This document shows, piece by piece, positions 10,601-20,647 of a DNA stretch of 64,000 nucleotides. Every line of letters starts with the position of its first letter. The stretch's first letter is position 1. A program made the position numbers and the translations under genes. Source of the stretch: Myxococcota bacterium (GTDB lineage: Bacteria; Myxococcota_A; Bradymonadia; UBA7976; UBA1532); NCBI GenBank assembly GCA_036337435.1, contig JAYZEG010000063.1:37991-101990 (forward strand), read 5' to 3'. A model generated the notes under the pieces. The model was not told the DNA's origin and ran no database searches. It saw nothing but the letters and a program-made list of their open reading frames with translations.

Positions 10601-11460
10601 CTCACGGAGATGTCATCGATGCGCTCATGCCCTTGGCGCGAAATCGGCGTGCCACCGATGCCAGTGTTCGCCGGCTTGCAGCCAGCCTAATCGCCGGCGG
10701 GCGAATGGTCGATTTAGAAGCCCTTAAAAAACGCGTTGGTGATTCATGGAACGGTCGTGACCATGCTTTCGTGAACGGATTACTTGCATCGAAAAAAGGC
10801 GACGACGAACGCGCCAAGAGCGAGCTTTCTCGAGCATTAGAGGCGTATCCAAAAGACGAATCCGTCGTGATGTCATATGCTCAATTCTTCGCATCCCGGG
10901 GTCGTCGTGACCTGGCCTTGGCTGCTCTTAATGGTCTTTCGCAGCAATCAAAATATCACCAGCTTGATGTTTTATCGGCTCGGATCGCCGCGGAGATTGG
11001 AGATTCGAAAGCGGTCTTTAAGTACGTCAAGCGTGGACTTGAAAAAGCCAAACAGGGCCATGCATCCCCTTCATCGATCGCCAGTGCCTATGCGTTGAAG
11101 TCGCAGGCCCTGCTGATGAGGCGTGGAAAAGAGAGGGTTCGGCGTGCGCATATCGCCTCTCGGCGTGCCCTGGCCCTTGATAAAAATCATCCGGACACGA
11201 TTCTTGCGGCTGCATTAGTATCCGAGGCGCGTGGTAAATTCTCCAAAGCCATCAGTTGGCTACAGCGTTTGGTCGCAGTGGCACCTCAGAATGCGAAAGG
11301 GCATTATCATCTCGGCCGTGTCCTGAGCATGGTTGTGGACGCTGAAGTCCGCGCGCGACGCCCGCTTGAAACGGCCATCAGACTTGAGCCGGATGGAATT
11401 TGGGGCCACAAGGCCAAACGTGTAATGAGACGCTTAAAACGTCGTAATCGTCGACGGTAA
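7663..11460 (+). CDS. Large bitopic TPR protein (N-terminal TPRs, disordered linker, one TM helix, C-terminal TPR array)
   Basis: TPR-like helices (AYVELAQLYLEQGD..., AKGHYHLGRVL), Pro/Thr/Glu-rich linker, TM IILLCFIGLAALTSIFSV. Confidence 0.8.
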   Translation: MSDKKEPYDTSERIEQLRGELKRDPGSHAYVELAQLYLEQGDLVSARGVVLDGLSLDSRHVAGQVMLAKLDLTLGFYDRAEPTLRRILQARPQNVEATLLLVDLLSITERQEEAVALLRTKIRLFSDSAFVSKLQEMTGSGQVSMSYPVTGGATQMSRYVKSLTKRSELNSRTGEEPPTEEVAAPVTLVSQLKKTDTDDAQTEKTEPPRQGAAVVGRETAPNPQPLGPDVAYPTLGNNSGRPTLSVPDTTNQIGPGPDEIVLRPMVGAPTTPIDPTQAAGHDGRSQEAQEQTNQGSHGIPEPPTLSDFGDLNAISDDRVVSKRADRSTGRGDYPQETDRLEIDESIGGEETTNNVLSSGGKPRRVGEGERSDFIDTEPRHPLDQKTKNYVREPGHMPLSPALTVEAARANDKHLPARVLEEPKTVERTSAAEAPEPTQRRAGQDAFFAIRIILLCFIGLAALTSIFSVSQYRTSLSNELDAYDQIKASIQDGNYASRKRAFDYFVNQHQLPFLAASARKVVNWFGPSAFDRLKADQDAFRDRLTQELIYIYGEAGPVADTSKKTSFPSMAGRNDHVIARILAALKAGRIDEAENRLNELKDIPELADDNAWIAALVFVEKGQIQSAIDRLRVSIRANPNHPHALPTLVKLTSSLRDPIPTLETYRRLLNDQKPNHISSQIDFQAFRIRLGKNTSLATQRLRELLTRDGELSSLQEATIHQALGEHFVTSNQPDAAKRAFEKAIELQKQRFEFASPLVALLLAEYALDEAGRLLEHYKDDVTPDVSAQLAELQYLRGFPENAITILGAGPFADVSTRLLKAKAHLAIARRQPRAAKSHLNAAEQLYLDLMNTERQTANRARIGLALVRVLSRQEDSKALRQLGQLRDGVGNAWDREARAFVLLAYGEGLMTRQLYQRAKTQIQSAQQLIPERYEAHWVLCRLYDLMLRSKDAISHCRSALKNPHFEPARVKMSQIAMKYGAHGDVIDALMPLARNRRATDASVRRLAASLIAGGRMVDLEALKKRVGDSWNGRDHAFVNGLLASKKGDDERAKSELSRALEAYPKDESVVMSYAQFFASRGRRDLALAALNGLSQQSKYHQLDVLSARIAAEIGDSKAVFKYVKRGLEKAKQGHASPSSIASAYALKSQALLMRRGKERVRRAHIASRRALALDKNHPDTILAAALVSEARGKFSKAISWLQRLVAVAPQNAKGHYHLGRVLSMVVDAEVRARRPLETAIRLEPDGIWGHKAKRVMRRLKRRNRRR

Positions 11461-11532
11461 CCAGTGTCTCATTGCACCCGGGGCCGGTCCTTGGTTATAA
11501 ACGCTCGCAGCGATGTTTACTGGAGAGCTTTG

Positions 11533-12774
11533 ATGTCGATACTCAATGGGGAAATGGGTGGCTTCTCAGACGAAGATTTTGATGTTTACCGGCCAGAATG
11601 TTGGTCGAGCAACCGCTTCAACTTGCCTCGAATGCGAACCAAAGAGCGCGTTGTCGAACTGACAAAGTCCATCGCCGACCTCTTCCATGACATCGACTTT
11701 CGGTCCGATGCATCATCGGAAATACCCAGTGTCTGGAATGGTCGTACGGTCAAAGACCAGTGGGGCTATTGGTTGAGGGATGAGAATGCACAGCGAACAC
11801 TTCAGCCGATTTTGACTCAGCGCCTTGATTTGGCGACGCGCGTAAAGGCGCCTGCTGATCACTTTAAGCATCTGTTATTTTGCATTCGTCTATCACATGA
11901 GTCCTTGGCCTTAGGGTTGAGGTTGAGTCGATATGCAACCGTTGACCTAGAGAATTTCTTGAGTCGGTCTCAAATTGACGTAGATGGGTTGGATACCGCG
12001 ATTGAATCTATCTCCGATGAGGTCAAACTTGATGGAGAGGCTGTTGACCGAGTCGCGTTACTGGCCGCGGCTGGTGATCTAAAGCTCGGTGACCGCGAAT
12101 GGCTAGATCTGGTTCAAATACTCGACCGAGATGTTGTCATTGATGGTGACCTAGACATCCCCGCCCTGCTTTCGAAAACGGCCAGCTCGCTACTGCCACT
12201 ATTGCGTTACATTTTGTGGGCACCCGAAAACGACCATATCGACATCAGCGCAGAGATTAGTTCCTTCACCAAGCAAACGGAGGCACGAACTGAGGCTGCG
12301 CGCAATGCCGCGGAAAACAAGCAGCAGGCTCACGCGGAGCGTGCTCAGAAAGCCCGAGACCGAACGTCGGCTAAAATGGATGCTGAAGCGGCTTGGCGAC
12401 AAATGCAGGCGAAACGTCGCTCAGCGCAAGCAGCGACGACGACGGAAGACGGCACCGAATCCACTCCGCCCCAGAAAGCGCGGAGTCAGAACTCGACCGA
12501 GACGCCGAAACAGCCTCGTCGCAAATCGACGAGAACCGCTTCGTCGACGGCCAAGAAGAAACCGGCTCGAAATCCATCTAAGTCGGTCAAAAGTATGAAG
12601 CGATCTGGACCTGCGCCAGAGTTCAAACCTGGCCAGGCGTGCATTTTGAGTCGAGGGCTGTTTGCCGGTAAACGAGGCGAGATCGTCTCATCTGACAAAC
12701 CTGGCTACTACAAGGTAAAAGTGGGCCTACTCGAAGTCAGTGTCAGCGGATATGACTTACAAGCAGATGTTTAA
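11533..12774 (+). CDS. Hypothetical protein with coiled coil, basic linker and C-terminal KOW motif
   Basis: C-terminal FKPGQACILSRGLFAGKRGEIV...KVKVGLLEVSV is KOW-like; N-terminal GFSDEDFDVY recalls DUF1054-like starts; GGAG RBS before ATG 11533. Confidence 0.65.
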   Translation: MSILNGEMGGFSDEDFDVYRPECWSSNRFNLPRMRTKERVVELTKSIADLFHDIDFRSDASSEIPSVWNGRTVKDQWGYWLRDENAQRTLQPILTQRLDLATRVKAPADHFKHLLFCIRLSHESLALGLRLSRYATVDLENFLSRSQIDVDGLDTAIESISDEVKLDGEAVDRVALLAAAGDLKLGDREWLDLVQILDRDVVIDGDLDIPALLSKTASSLLPLLRYILWAPENDHIDISAEISSFTKQTEARTEAARNAAENKQQAHAERAQKARDRTSAKMDAEAAWRQMQAKRRSAQAATTTEDGTESTPPQKARSQNSTETPKQPRRKSTRTASSTAKKKPARNPSKSVKSMKRSGPAPEFKPGQACILSRGLFAGKRGEIVSSDKPGYYKVKVGLLEVSVSGYDLQADV

Positions 12775-12816
12775 GCCCTAGACGACCTCGAGTCCGGAAG
12801 ACGCGGTTCGCTTGCG

Positions 12817-13278
12817 ATGACGTACCTCATTATCACTGCACTCGCTGTTATTTCGCCCGTTTTGGCGATTGCCGAGCCCATTGCGGTCATCGCAGGCTTA
12901 TCGACGAAAGTTGAGTGGTGGTTGGTCGCTCTATGCCTTGCGACAGGCCAGACAATTGGATTTACTCTCATGTATTTCTTCGGCGAGTTTTTTCTCGCTA
13001 AGTGGACTTGGCTTTCACAGAAATTAAGGCGAGTTAATGTGGCAGAATACGCCCATAAGCGGCAGTTTTTTACCAGCTTGGCGAGCCTCTTTGGTGTGCC
13101 GCCCTTGACGGCCCTTGCGTTGGCTGGTCCACTGTATGAACCCAGGTTTGGTGGGTTTATCAGCCTTGTTTTCGGATGTCGATTGACACGGTTCCTCGTC
13201 TTTGCTGGCTCGGCGACGGCACTCATGGGTTATGTCGACCGGTCTATCATCCCCGAATGGTTGACACCCTACCTCTAG
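12817..13278 (+). CDS. Small membrane protein, DedA/VTT-like
   Basis: Several hydrophobic segments; GQTIGFTLMYFFG, GVPP, GCRLTRF patterns. Confidence 0.6.
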   Translation: MTYLIITALAVISPVLAIAEPIAVIAGLSTKVEWWLVALCLATGQTIGFTLMYFFGEFFLAKWTWLSQKLRRVNVAEYAHKRQFFTSLASLFGVPPLTALALAGPLYEPRFGGFISLVFGCRLTRFLVFAGSATALMGYVDRSIIPEWLTPYL

Positions 13279-13323
13279 GCGCAATGCTGGCTTGGACAGA
13301 TGGGTGGCACCGAGTTTGAGACT

Positions 13324-14787
13324 CTATTGGGCGTTGATGAACGCCCACAGTGTCAGAACCGCGTAGCCCGTACCACCCGTTCGGATGTGGCCATCATCTT
13401 TGGAGGCAAGCACGGGACCGGCAATATCCATGTGCGCCCAGGTCGCGTCGCCTTTGAAATGTTGGAGGAATTGAGCCGCTGTAATCGCCCCGCCGTATCG
13501 GCCACCCAGATTCGTAATGTCGGCCCGTTTACTCTTCAAATCCTCGGCGAGTTTTGGATCCAGCGGTAGGCGCCAGAGGTTTTCACCGGCTGTGTCGGCA
13601 GCGTTCAGAAGTTTGCTTGCCAATGCGTCATCGTCGCTGAATAAACCAGCATAATTTGGACCCAGTGCAACCATACAGGCACCGGTTAAAGTGGCCAAAT
13701 CGATGATACAATCAGGTTTGAGTTGGACTGCATGGTGAATGCAATCGGCCAGGACAAGTCGACCCTCCGCGTCCGTGTTCAATATTTCGACGGTTTTTCC
13801 GCTGTACATTGTAAGCACGTCGCTGGGGCGGTAGGCGTCAGCACCGGTCATGTTTTCACAAGCGCCCACGATCCCGTGGACTTTGCAATTGGGTTGAAGC
13901 TTGGCCACTAAGTTCATTGTACCCAAGACAGCCGCTGCACCGGCCATGTCGATGTACATCATCTCCATGCCAGATGCTGGCTTGATATTCAGTCCACCGC
14001 TATCGAAGGTTAGACCTTTACCGACGAGAGCGATCTCTGATTTGGCCTCGCCCGTCGGTGTGTACGTGAGATGAATGAACCTGGGTTCGCGACTGGCACC
14101 TTGACTCACACCCACAATCCCGCCCATGCCGCGGGCTTTAATCTCGTCCCGATCGAGGACCAAGAGCTCAAATCCAGGTGCCTTGGCGATCTCTCGTGCC
14201 AAAGCTTCAAACCGTTCTGGAGTGCAAATATTGGCTGGTTCGTTCGTGAGCGTCCGCGCGAGGTTAACGGAGTTGCCAATCTGGATGCCGGCATCGAGGT
14301 TTTCCTGTGAACTATCGCTTCCAAGCACATCAACGTGCTCGATGACAGGTCTCGGTGCGTCCTCGGGTGTCGCCTGTAGGTCATTGAAGCGATAAGCACC
14401 CAGTTGCGAACCGATCACAACTTGGAGTGCATGCTCGGCACGTGCGGTCGGCGAGAAGATCCCGAGTTTGGGATGCCGCCCTTTGAGTGCTTCATCAATG
14501 CCGAGTGCAGCATAATCTCGAATGATGGCTGGCGTCAGTTTGTCTTGTTGGCCCAGGCCGAGTAGAAGGACTTTTCCTGCTTTGATACCGCCGAGGGTAT
14601 CGAGGGCGACGGCTTGTCGGGCCTTGCCTTTGAAATAGAGTCTCTCTGCTGCAGCTGACAAGGCGCCGCTGAGCGCCGCATCGATCGCTTGCTCTTCTGC
14701 CGTCGGTCCTTGTTCCTCAAATCGCCCAAGAACCAATAAATCACCCTCGAAGCTGAGTGCGTCTAAACCTGATTGACTAACCTTCAT
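13324..14787 (-). CDS. pepA: Leucyl aminopeptidase (M17)
   Basis: VGKGLTFDSGGLNIK, DMAGAA, NTDAEGRLVLAD, ATLTGA, WAHMDIAG. Confidence 0.95.
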   Translation of the reverse strand: MKVSQSGLDALSFEGDLLVLGRFEEQGPTAEEQAIDAALSGALSAAAERLYFKGKARQAVALDTLGGIKAGKVLLLGLGQQDKLTPAIIRDYAALGIDEALKGRHPKLGIFSPTARAEHALQVVIGSQLGAYRFNDLQATPEDAPRPVIEHVDVLGSDSSQENLDAGIQIGNSVNLARTLTNEPANICTPERFEALAREIAKAPGFELLVLDRDEIKARGMGGIVGVSQGASREPRFIHLTYTPTGEAKSEIALVGKGLTFDSGGLNIKPASGMEMMYIDMAGAAAVLGTMNLVAKLQPNCKVHGIVGACENMTGADAYRPSDVLTMYSGKTVEILNTDAEGRLVLADCIHHAVQLKPDCIIDLATLTGACMVALGPNYAGLFSDDDALASKLLNAADTAGENLWRLPLDPKLAEDLKSKRADITNLGGRYGGAITAAQFLQHFKGDATWAHMDIAGPVLASKDDGHIRTGGTGYAVLTLWAFINAQ

Positions 14788-14895
14788 AATGACTCCAATT
14801 GCATCTATTGACGGGTGGTTGTATCACCGTCATCGACCCGCCGCAATTCAGTGTATACGGTATTTGTTCTAGAGACGGAGATTTCGGTTCTTCTC

Positions 14896-16290
14896 ATGAC
14901 CCAGACTTGGCTACAACTCGACGCTGTTATCGACGAACTCCATGACCATGTCGTCGGTGGTCGGATTCAAAAGATTCGCCAGCCGGATGATACAACGGTG
15001 AGCCTGACCATACACAAGCATCGCCAAACTAAGTTTGTTCTGATTTCATGTCGTGCTGGTTTTGCGAGGGTCTCGGAGACCTTGACGCAAACGCCCACTC
15101 GGAGTCAGCCCTCAGCTCTCGTTATGTGGCTTCGCAAATACGCGAAAAATCGTCCTTTATTGGAATGCCAGTTGGACTCAGCTGATCGACTGGTGCGCTT
15201 TCACTTTCCAGACGGGGTTTTGGTTGCTGAATTGTCCAGTCGCGCCCCCAACTTAATGGCACTCGACGCCGATGGCACTCTACGCGTCTCCTTAATTCCA
15301 CCGCGAACACCGCTCCAACACGGAGTGGTCTATCAGCCCCCGGTGCCGCCTCCGTCAGAGATTCTGTCGGATATTCGAGGGTCGATTCGTTCAGCTGTGG
15401 ACACAGAGATTCACTACAAGGCGATCATCTCCGACCATGAAAATAAGCTCGACCAGGCCGAGAAAAAGCGCTTGCTAACCGGCGCGATCCGGCGCCTGGA
15501 GCGACGCCGTAAGCACATAAATGACGATCTTGGGCGGGCCGACAAGTTAGATGAGTTGAGGCGTGCAGGAGAACTTTTGAAAGGGCAACTACACCTGGTT
15601 CAGCCCGGCATGACAGCGGTGATGGTCGATGATTGGTTTACCGATGGGGTACCCAAAGTGACTCTTTCTCTCGACCCAAGACTCGATGGACCGGGCAATG
15701 TTCAGCAGTATTTCAAAAAGTATCGTAAGGCTCGCGACGGTGAGTCGAAGGCGCGGCATCGGCTTCAAGAAACAGACGCCACTCTCTTGGTCGTAAAGAA
15801 ACTGAATGAAGCGAATCTGACACTGGATGAACTCCGACGTAGATTGCTCTCAATGGGATTGGTTCAAAAGAAGCAGAAAAAAGCCAAGACACCCCTCGAA
15901 GCAAGAAAGCCGTACCGATTATTCGTGAGTCTGCGAGGAGAGTCTATTTGGGTTGGTCGTGGCGGTACTGACAATCATCAGACAACGTTTCACCACGCAC
16001 GGGGCAATGATCATTGGCTGCACACGAGTGATGTGCCCGGTGCCCATGTGATTGTACCCTGTCCAACTCGCGGCCAGTCGCCCCATCCCGAAACCCTCAA
16101 AGATGCAGCAGCCCTGGCTGTTCATTATAGCCGTCTCAGAGGGGAGAATGGAGTTGCTGTTCTGCACACGCAGCGAAAGTACCTACGGCCGGTCAAAGGG
16201 GGACCCGCTGGTCGAGTCACGGTTTCGAGTTCAAAGACCATGATCGACGACGGAGACCAGGCTCGAATCGAACGTTTGTTCGCAAAATAG
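14896..16290 (+). CDS. rqcH: NFACT/Rqc2 family ribosome quality control protein (FbpA-like)
   Basis: GGRIQKIRQP, DRLV...AEL (NFACT-N), LDPRL...QYFKKYRK, IWVGR...N...WLH..DVPGAHVIV...AAALAVHYS (NFACT-R). Confidence 0.88.
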   Translation: MTQTWLQLDAVIDELHDHVVGGRIQKIRQPDDTTVSLTIHKHRQTKFVLISCRAGFARVSETLTQTPTRSQPSALVMWLRKYAKNRPLLECQLDSADRLVRFHFPDGVLVAELSSRAPNLMALDADGTLRVSLIPPRTPLQHGVVYQPPVPPPSEILSDIRGSIRSAVDTEIHYKAIISDHENKLDQAEKKRLLTGAIRRLERRRKHINDDLGRADKLDELRRAGELLKGQLHLVQPGMTAVMVDDWFTDGVPKVTLSLDPRLDGPGNVQQYFKKYRKARDGESKARHRLQETDATLLVVKKLNEANLTLDELRRRLLSMGLVQKKQKKAKTPLEARKPYRLFVSLRGESIWVGRGGTDNHQTTFHHARGNDHWLHTSDVPGAHVIVPCPTRGQSPHPETLKDAAALAVHYSRLRGENGVAVLHTQRKYLRPVKGGPAGRVTVSSSKTMIDDGDQARIERLFAK

Positions 16291-16405
16291 AGCTCATGTT
16301 GTTGCCCTTGAGAGTGGGCTTTTTACGTTTGCTGAGCACGAAGCGTTAATTTTCCCCCTAAAAAATGTACAACTACATGTCGTATAGTGTAGTCTGTTAC
16401 CCGTC

Positions 16406-17902
16406 ATGCATGGGTTTCATTATTCTAAGGGGCGGCCCCAGTCCGGTCCACTCAATCAGTCTTGTCGCGCCGAAGAAAAAAAGGGTGTTGGTCGGCGATT
16501 TGTACTCTTGATCGACGAAGATGGTTCCCGTCAGAGACTCTTGCAAGACCTGCTCTCAATGGCTGGGTTTTCTGTGCTGAGTGCTTCGACTCGGCTGGAC
16601 GCCCAGTCGCAACTACAGCGTCATCCGATCGGTGTCGTTGTTGCTGACTATGAGACTGTTGACGGCGTCGGCTTTTTGCATTGGCTCTGTTCAACCCAAC
16701 CTAAAATCCGGTGTGTCATCACCCATAAGACGGCTGGCATCGAGGATGCTGTTGAGGTGATGCGGCACGGTGGATTTGATTACTTTGGCGAGCCGTGCAA
16801 AATCGGGGATTTGGTCTCGGCCGTTGAGCGGGCAAGCGATCAATATTGTCAGGACAGTCAGATCTTACCCGCCTCGGCTGTTGATTCGCTGTATGACTTG
16901 GCAGACGCTTTGCCTCGTGCGTTAAACGTGGATGCGTGTCTCGACTTAATGCTCTCAACTGGGCTCAAGCGTACCGCGTGCGATGGACTGACTCTGATCT
17001 TGCGTTCCACGTCCAGTGGCGTGACCGATTTGCACCGTGGCAATGCACTTCGATTGTACGTGGACGATTTGACCCGTCTCGCCACTGACCATCATTTGCC
17101 CACTGCGGTGCATGGCCACCGCGTCTTTGACTTTGTCCACTTGACATCGAGGACAGAAATCATCAACTCGCTGATCTTCATTCCAATTCTGTCTCGGAAT
17201 GAAAATTTGGGCTGGCTGATCGGGACATGTCTCTTCAACAATCAAGCGGATGCGTCCGATGAAACTCTGTTGACGATCATTGGTGATCGAATTGGGTCTG
17301 CGATCTTGGCAGGTCAGCAGGAAACAGCCCTTCAAGTGACCTTCCAGCAAACCGTTGACGTCTTACTGGCGACGCTAAACGAAAAAGACCAATACACGGC
17401 CGGGCACAGTGAGCGTGTCGCTGACCTTGCGAAATTGATCGCAAAGGGGATGGACTGTGATGAGCACGTTCAAGAACTCGTCTTTCAAGGAGCGCGCTTG
17501 CACGACATCGGCAAGCTCGCCATCGATAATGCCGAACTCAACAAAGCAGGGCCCTTGACTGATGCTGAGTACGAACGGATGAAAACCCACACTCTTACGG
17601 GTGCGGAGTTACTCAAATCCATCCCTTGTTTTCAGGCTTTGATTCCGGCGGTGATTGGTCATCACGAGCGCCTCGATGGCACCGGATATCCTTTTGGCTT
17701 GAAAGGTGATGAGATCCCCTTACTCGCCAGAATCGTCGCTGTCGCTGATGCCTACGACGCCATGACGAGTGACCGAACCTATCGCAGAGCGATGGCGCCT
17801 ATGGATGCGATTTTGGAGTTAGATCGCTGCCGAAATCGGCACTATGATGGCCGCTGCATCGATGCCCTGAAACAGGCTTTTTCAACGGGCGGGATTTTAT
17901 AA
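16406..17902 (+). CDS. REC-GAF-HD-GYP cyclic dinucleotide phosphodiesterase
   Basis: N-terminal receiver-like domain, GAF-like middle, YTAGHSERV, LHDIGK, HHERLDGTGYP, VADAYDAMTSDRTYR; exact start uncertain. Confidence 0.9.
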   Translation: MHGFHYSKGRPQSGPLNQSCRAEEKKGVGRRFVLLIDEDGSRQRLLQDLLSMAGFSVLSASTRLDAQSQLQRHPIGVVVADYETVDGVGFLHWLCSTQPKIRCVITHKTAGIEDAVEVMRHGGFDYFGEPCKIGDLVSAVERASDQYCQDSQILPASAVDSLYDLADALPRALNVDACLDLMLSTGLKRTACDGLTLILRSTSSGVTDLHRGNALRLYVDDLTRLATDHHLPTAVHGHRVFDFVHLTSRTEIINSLIFIPILSRNENLGWLIGTCLFNNQADASDETLLTIIGDRIGSAILAGQQETALQVTFQQTVDVLLATLNEKDQYTAGHSERVADLAKLIAKGMDCDEHVQELVFQGARLHDIGKLAIDNAELNKAGPLTDAEYERMKTHTLTGAELLKSIPCFQALIPAVIGHHERLDGTGYPFGLKGDEIPLLARIVAVADAYDAMTSDRTYRRAMAPMDAILELDRCRNRHYDGRCIDALKQAFSTGGIL

Positions 17903-17924
17903 TCCGTATGCGCTCAATGGCGCG

Positions 17925-17953
17925 TTGATTTCTCTATCATTTCAGGGTAAAAC
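17925..17953 (+). promoter_or_regulatory. Putative sigma70 promoter of gyrA
   Basis: TTGATT-17 bp-TAAAAC, 72 bp upstream of gyrA. Confidence 0.5.
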
Positions 17954-18025
17954 CACGCTTTCCGTCTGGGGCTAATCTGGGCCTCCACGACGGTCAGTAC
18001 TCTTGAAATTGAGGACCCTGTCGTC

Positions 18026-20596
18026 ATGACTGAAACGACCAAGTCGTACTTACCCGTCAACATCGAAGATGAGATGCGCGTCTCGTATCTTGATTACGCA
18101 ATGTCCGTGATTATCGGACGTGCTCTGCCAGATGTCCGAGATGGTTTGAAGCCGGTTCATCGGCGTGTTCTCTACACGATGAATGACCTGAAGAATAACT
18201 GGAACAGCTCCTACAAGAAATCCGCCAGAATTGTTGGTGATTGTATTGGTAAGTACCATCCCCACGGCGACCAAGCGGTCTACGATACTTTGGTCCGCTT
18301 GGCCCAGGATTTTTCCATGCGCTATCCATTGGTTGATGGGCAAGGTAATTTTGGCAGTGTGGATGGCGATCCAGCGGCTGCGATGCGTTACACGGAAGTC
18401 CGTATGCAGCGCATCGCACATGAGATGCTACAAGACTTTGACAAAGACACAGTGGAATTCGGTGCTAACTACGATGAGACCACGAAGGAACCGCTGGTCT
18501 TACCCGCCCGGATTCCAAACTTACTGGTCAACGGCAGTTCGGGTATCGCGGTCGGTATGGCGACCAATATTCCCCCACATAACCTGACAGAAGTCGTGAA
18601 CGCCGCCATCGCAGTCATGCGCAATCCGGACATTACTCTATCGGAATTGATGGACATTGTCCCGGCACCCGACTTTCCGACGGGTGGTACCATCTATGGC
18701 ACGGCGGGCATTCTTGACGCATACCGAACCGGGCGTGGCGTGATCCGGATTCGCGCGGTTTGTGACATCGAGGAGATGACCACAGACCGTGAGCGAATCG
18801 TCGTCAACGAATTGCCGTATCAAGTCAACAAAGCCAAGTTGCTCGAAAAAATCGCCGAGTTGGTACGTGACAAACGCATCGAAGGGATCAGTGATCTGCG
18901 CGATGAAAGTGACCGGCGCGGGATGCGTGTCGTCATCGAACTAAAGCGAGATGCACAGGCCCAAATCGTACTTAACCAATTGTACAAACTGACCAATTTG
19001 CAAGTCAGCTTTGGCATCAATTTATTGGCGATTGTACACGGTGAACCTCGGCTCCTGAGTCTGCATGAAATCTTGAGCCACTTCGTTGAACATCGCCGCG
19101 ACGTTACGCTGCGACGTTGTCGCTACGAACTTCGAAAAGCTGAGGCGCGGGCGCACATCCTCGAAGGGTTCAAAATCGCGCTGGACTACATCGATGAGGT
19201 GATCAAGATCATCCGTGGAAGCCAGACGACCGAGGAAGCCCGTCAAGGGTTGATGTCGCGGTTCTCACTGAGTGAACGCCAAGCATCTGCCATTCTTGAA
19301 ATGCGGCTCAGACGTCTTACAGGGATGGAGCGCGATGAAATTATTGCGGAATTAGAAGCAGTTCGGGCTGAGATCGCGCGGTTGCGTGCCATTCTCGATG
19401 ACGAAGGTCTCCTGTTGGAAGTCATTGAGGGCGAGTTGGTCGAGGTTCGAGATCAATATGGTGACGAGCGACGCACGACTTATGTCGCCGCCAGCAGTGA
19501 CTTCGATCTGGAAGATCTCATTCCAGTTGAAGACATGGTGGTCACTGTATCCCACGCAGGGTACGTCAAGCGTGTTGCGCTCACCGAGTACCGCACACAG
19601 CACCGAGGCGGCCGCGGCAAGAGCGGGATGACCACGAAAGACAAAGATTTCGTCGAGCATTTGTTTGTTGCTTCCACACACAGCACGATGCTGTTCTTCA
19701 CCGACCGAGGCCGGGTCTTTAGCCGAAAGGTGTTCCACTTGCCTCAGGGCAGTCGATTGGCACGGGGCAAGCCCATCATTAACGTCTTGCCCTTCGATGC
19801 GGATGAAAAACTCGCCATGGTTTTGGCGGTCGATGAGTTTACAGAAGGTCACTTCCTTTTCTTCGCAACGGCCATGGGTCGGGTTAAGAAGACCAACTTA
19901 ATGGCTTATTCAAATATTCGTTCAACGGGGATCATCGCCATCAAACTCAATGACGGAGATCAGTTGATCGCAGTCAGACCGACTACGGGGGAGAGTGATA
20001 TCTTGCTTTCCACATCCAATGGCATGGCGATTCGATTTCGCGAGGATAATGTGCGGTCCATGGGTCGTGACACGGCTGGCGTTCGGGGCATCGACCTCCA
20101 GGGCGATGACAATGTGGTCGGGTGTGTCACGTTCGATCGCGAAGAGACCGATGGAACTCAAGTCACATTACTGACCGTCACTGAGAACGGCTATGGCAAG
20201 CAAACGACTTTGGACGGATACCTCCGTGGGGGCAACACGCAGAGTCGGGGTGGCAAGGGCTTAATCGATATTCAGACCGATGCACGTAACGGTAAAGTCG
20301 TTGGCGTCATCAAAGTCGAGGAAGAAACTGATCAATATCTCTTGGTCACCAACTCAGGTGTCATCATTCGTGCGAACGCGGGAACGGTTTCTCTCGTCAA
20401 TCGCAATACGAAGGGTGTACGTCTCATCAACTTGGACAAGAATACCCAGGTTGTGAGCCTGGCGCGTTATGCGGCTGGTGAAGAAGAGGAGGATGAGGGT
20501 AGCGATGCCGACGGTGTCGTTGATGCAGATGGCGAGACTGGCCCAGGTGCTATCGCGGCTGATGTGGATGGCAGTGACGGCCAAGGCGAAGACTAA
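18026..20596 (+). CDS. gyrA: DNA gyrase subunit A
   Basis: [33 protein letters not shown], GyrA-box QHRGGRG, acidic tail. Confidence 0.98.
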   Translation: MTETTKSYLPVNIEDEMRVSYLDYAMSVIIGRALPDVRDGLKPVHRRVLYTMNDLKNNWNSSYKKSARIVGDCIGKYHPHGDQAVYDTLVRLAQDFSMRYPLVDGQGNFGSVDGDPAAAMRYTEVRMQRIAHEMLQDFDKDTVEFGANYDETTKEPLVLPARIPNLLVNGSSGIAVGMATNIPPHNLTEVVNAAIAVMRNPDITLSELMDIVPAPDFPTGGTIYGTAGILDAYRTGRGVIRIRAVCDIEEMTTDRERIVVNELPYQVNKAKLLEKIAELVRDKRIEGISDLRDESDRRGMRVVIELKRDAQAQIVLNQLYKLTNLQVSFGINLLAIVHGEPRLLSLHEILSHFVEHRRDVTLRRCRYELRKAEARAHILEGFKIALDYIDEVIKIIRGSQTTEEARQGLMSRFSLSERQASAILEMRLRRLTGMERDEIIAELEAVRAEIARLRAILDDEGLLLEVIEGELVEVRDQYGDERRTTYVAASSDFDLEDLIPVEDMVVTVSHAGYVKRVALTEYRTQHRGGRGKSGMTTKDKDFVEHLFVASTHSTMLFFTDRGRVFSRKVFHLPQGSRLARGKPIINVLPFDADEKLAMVLAVDEFTEGHFLFFATAMGRVKKTNLMAYSNIRSTGIIAIKLNDGDQLIAVRPTTGESDILLSTSNGMAIRFREDNVRSMGRDTAGVRGIDLQGDDNVVGCVTFDREETDGTQVTLLTVTENGYGKQTTLDGYLRGGNTQSRGGKGLIDIQTDARNGKVVGVIKVEEETDQYLLVTNSGVIIRANAGTVSLVNRNTKGVRLINLDKNTQVVSLARYAAGEEEEDEGSDADGVVDADGETGPGAIAADVDGSDGQGED

Positions 20597-20647
20597 ACAA
20601 GCAGGTCTGAAGCAGCCCGACGCTCGAACCCAAACGAAGGAGTTCCC

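Noticed and set aside
20236..20260. Second GyrA-box-like QSRGGKG in the gyrA C-terminal domain
   Set aside because: Degenerate copies are expected in the pinwheel blades
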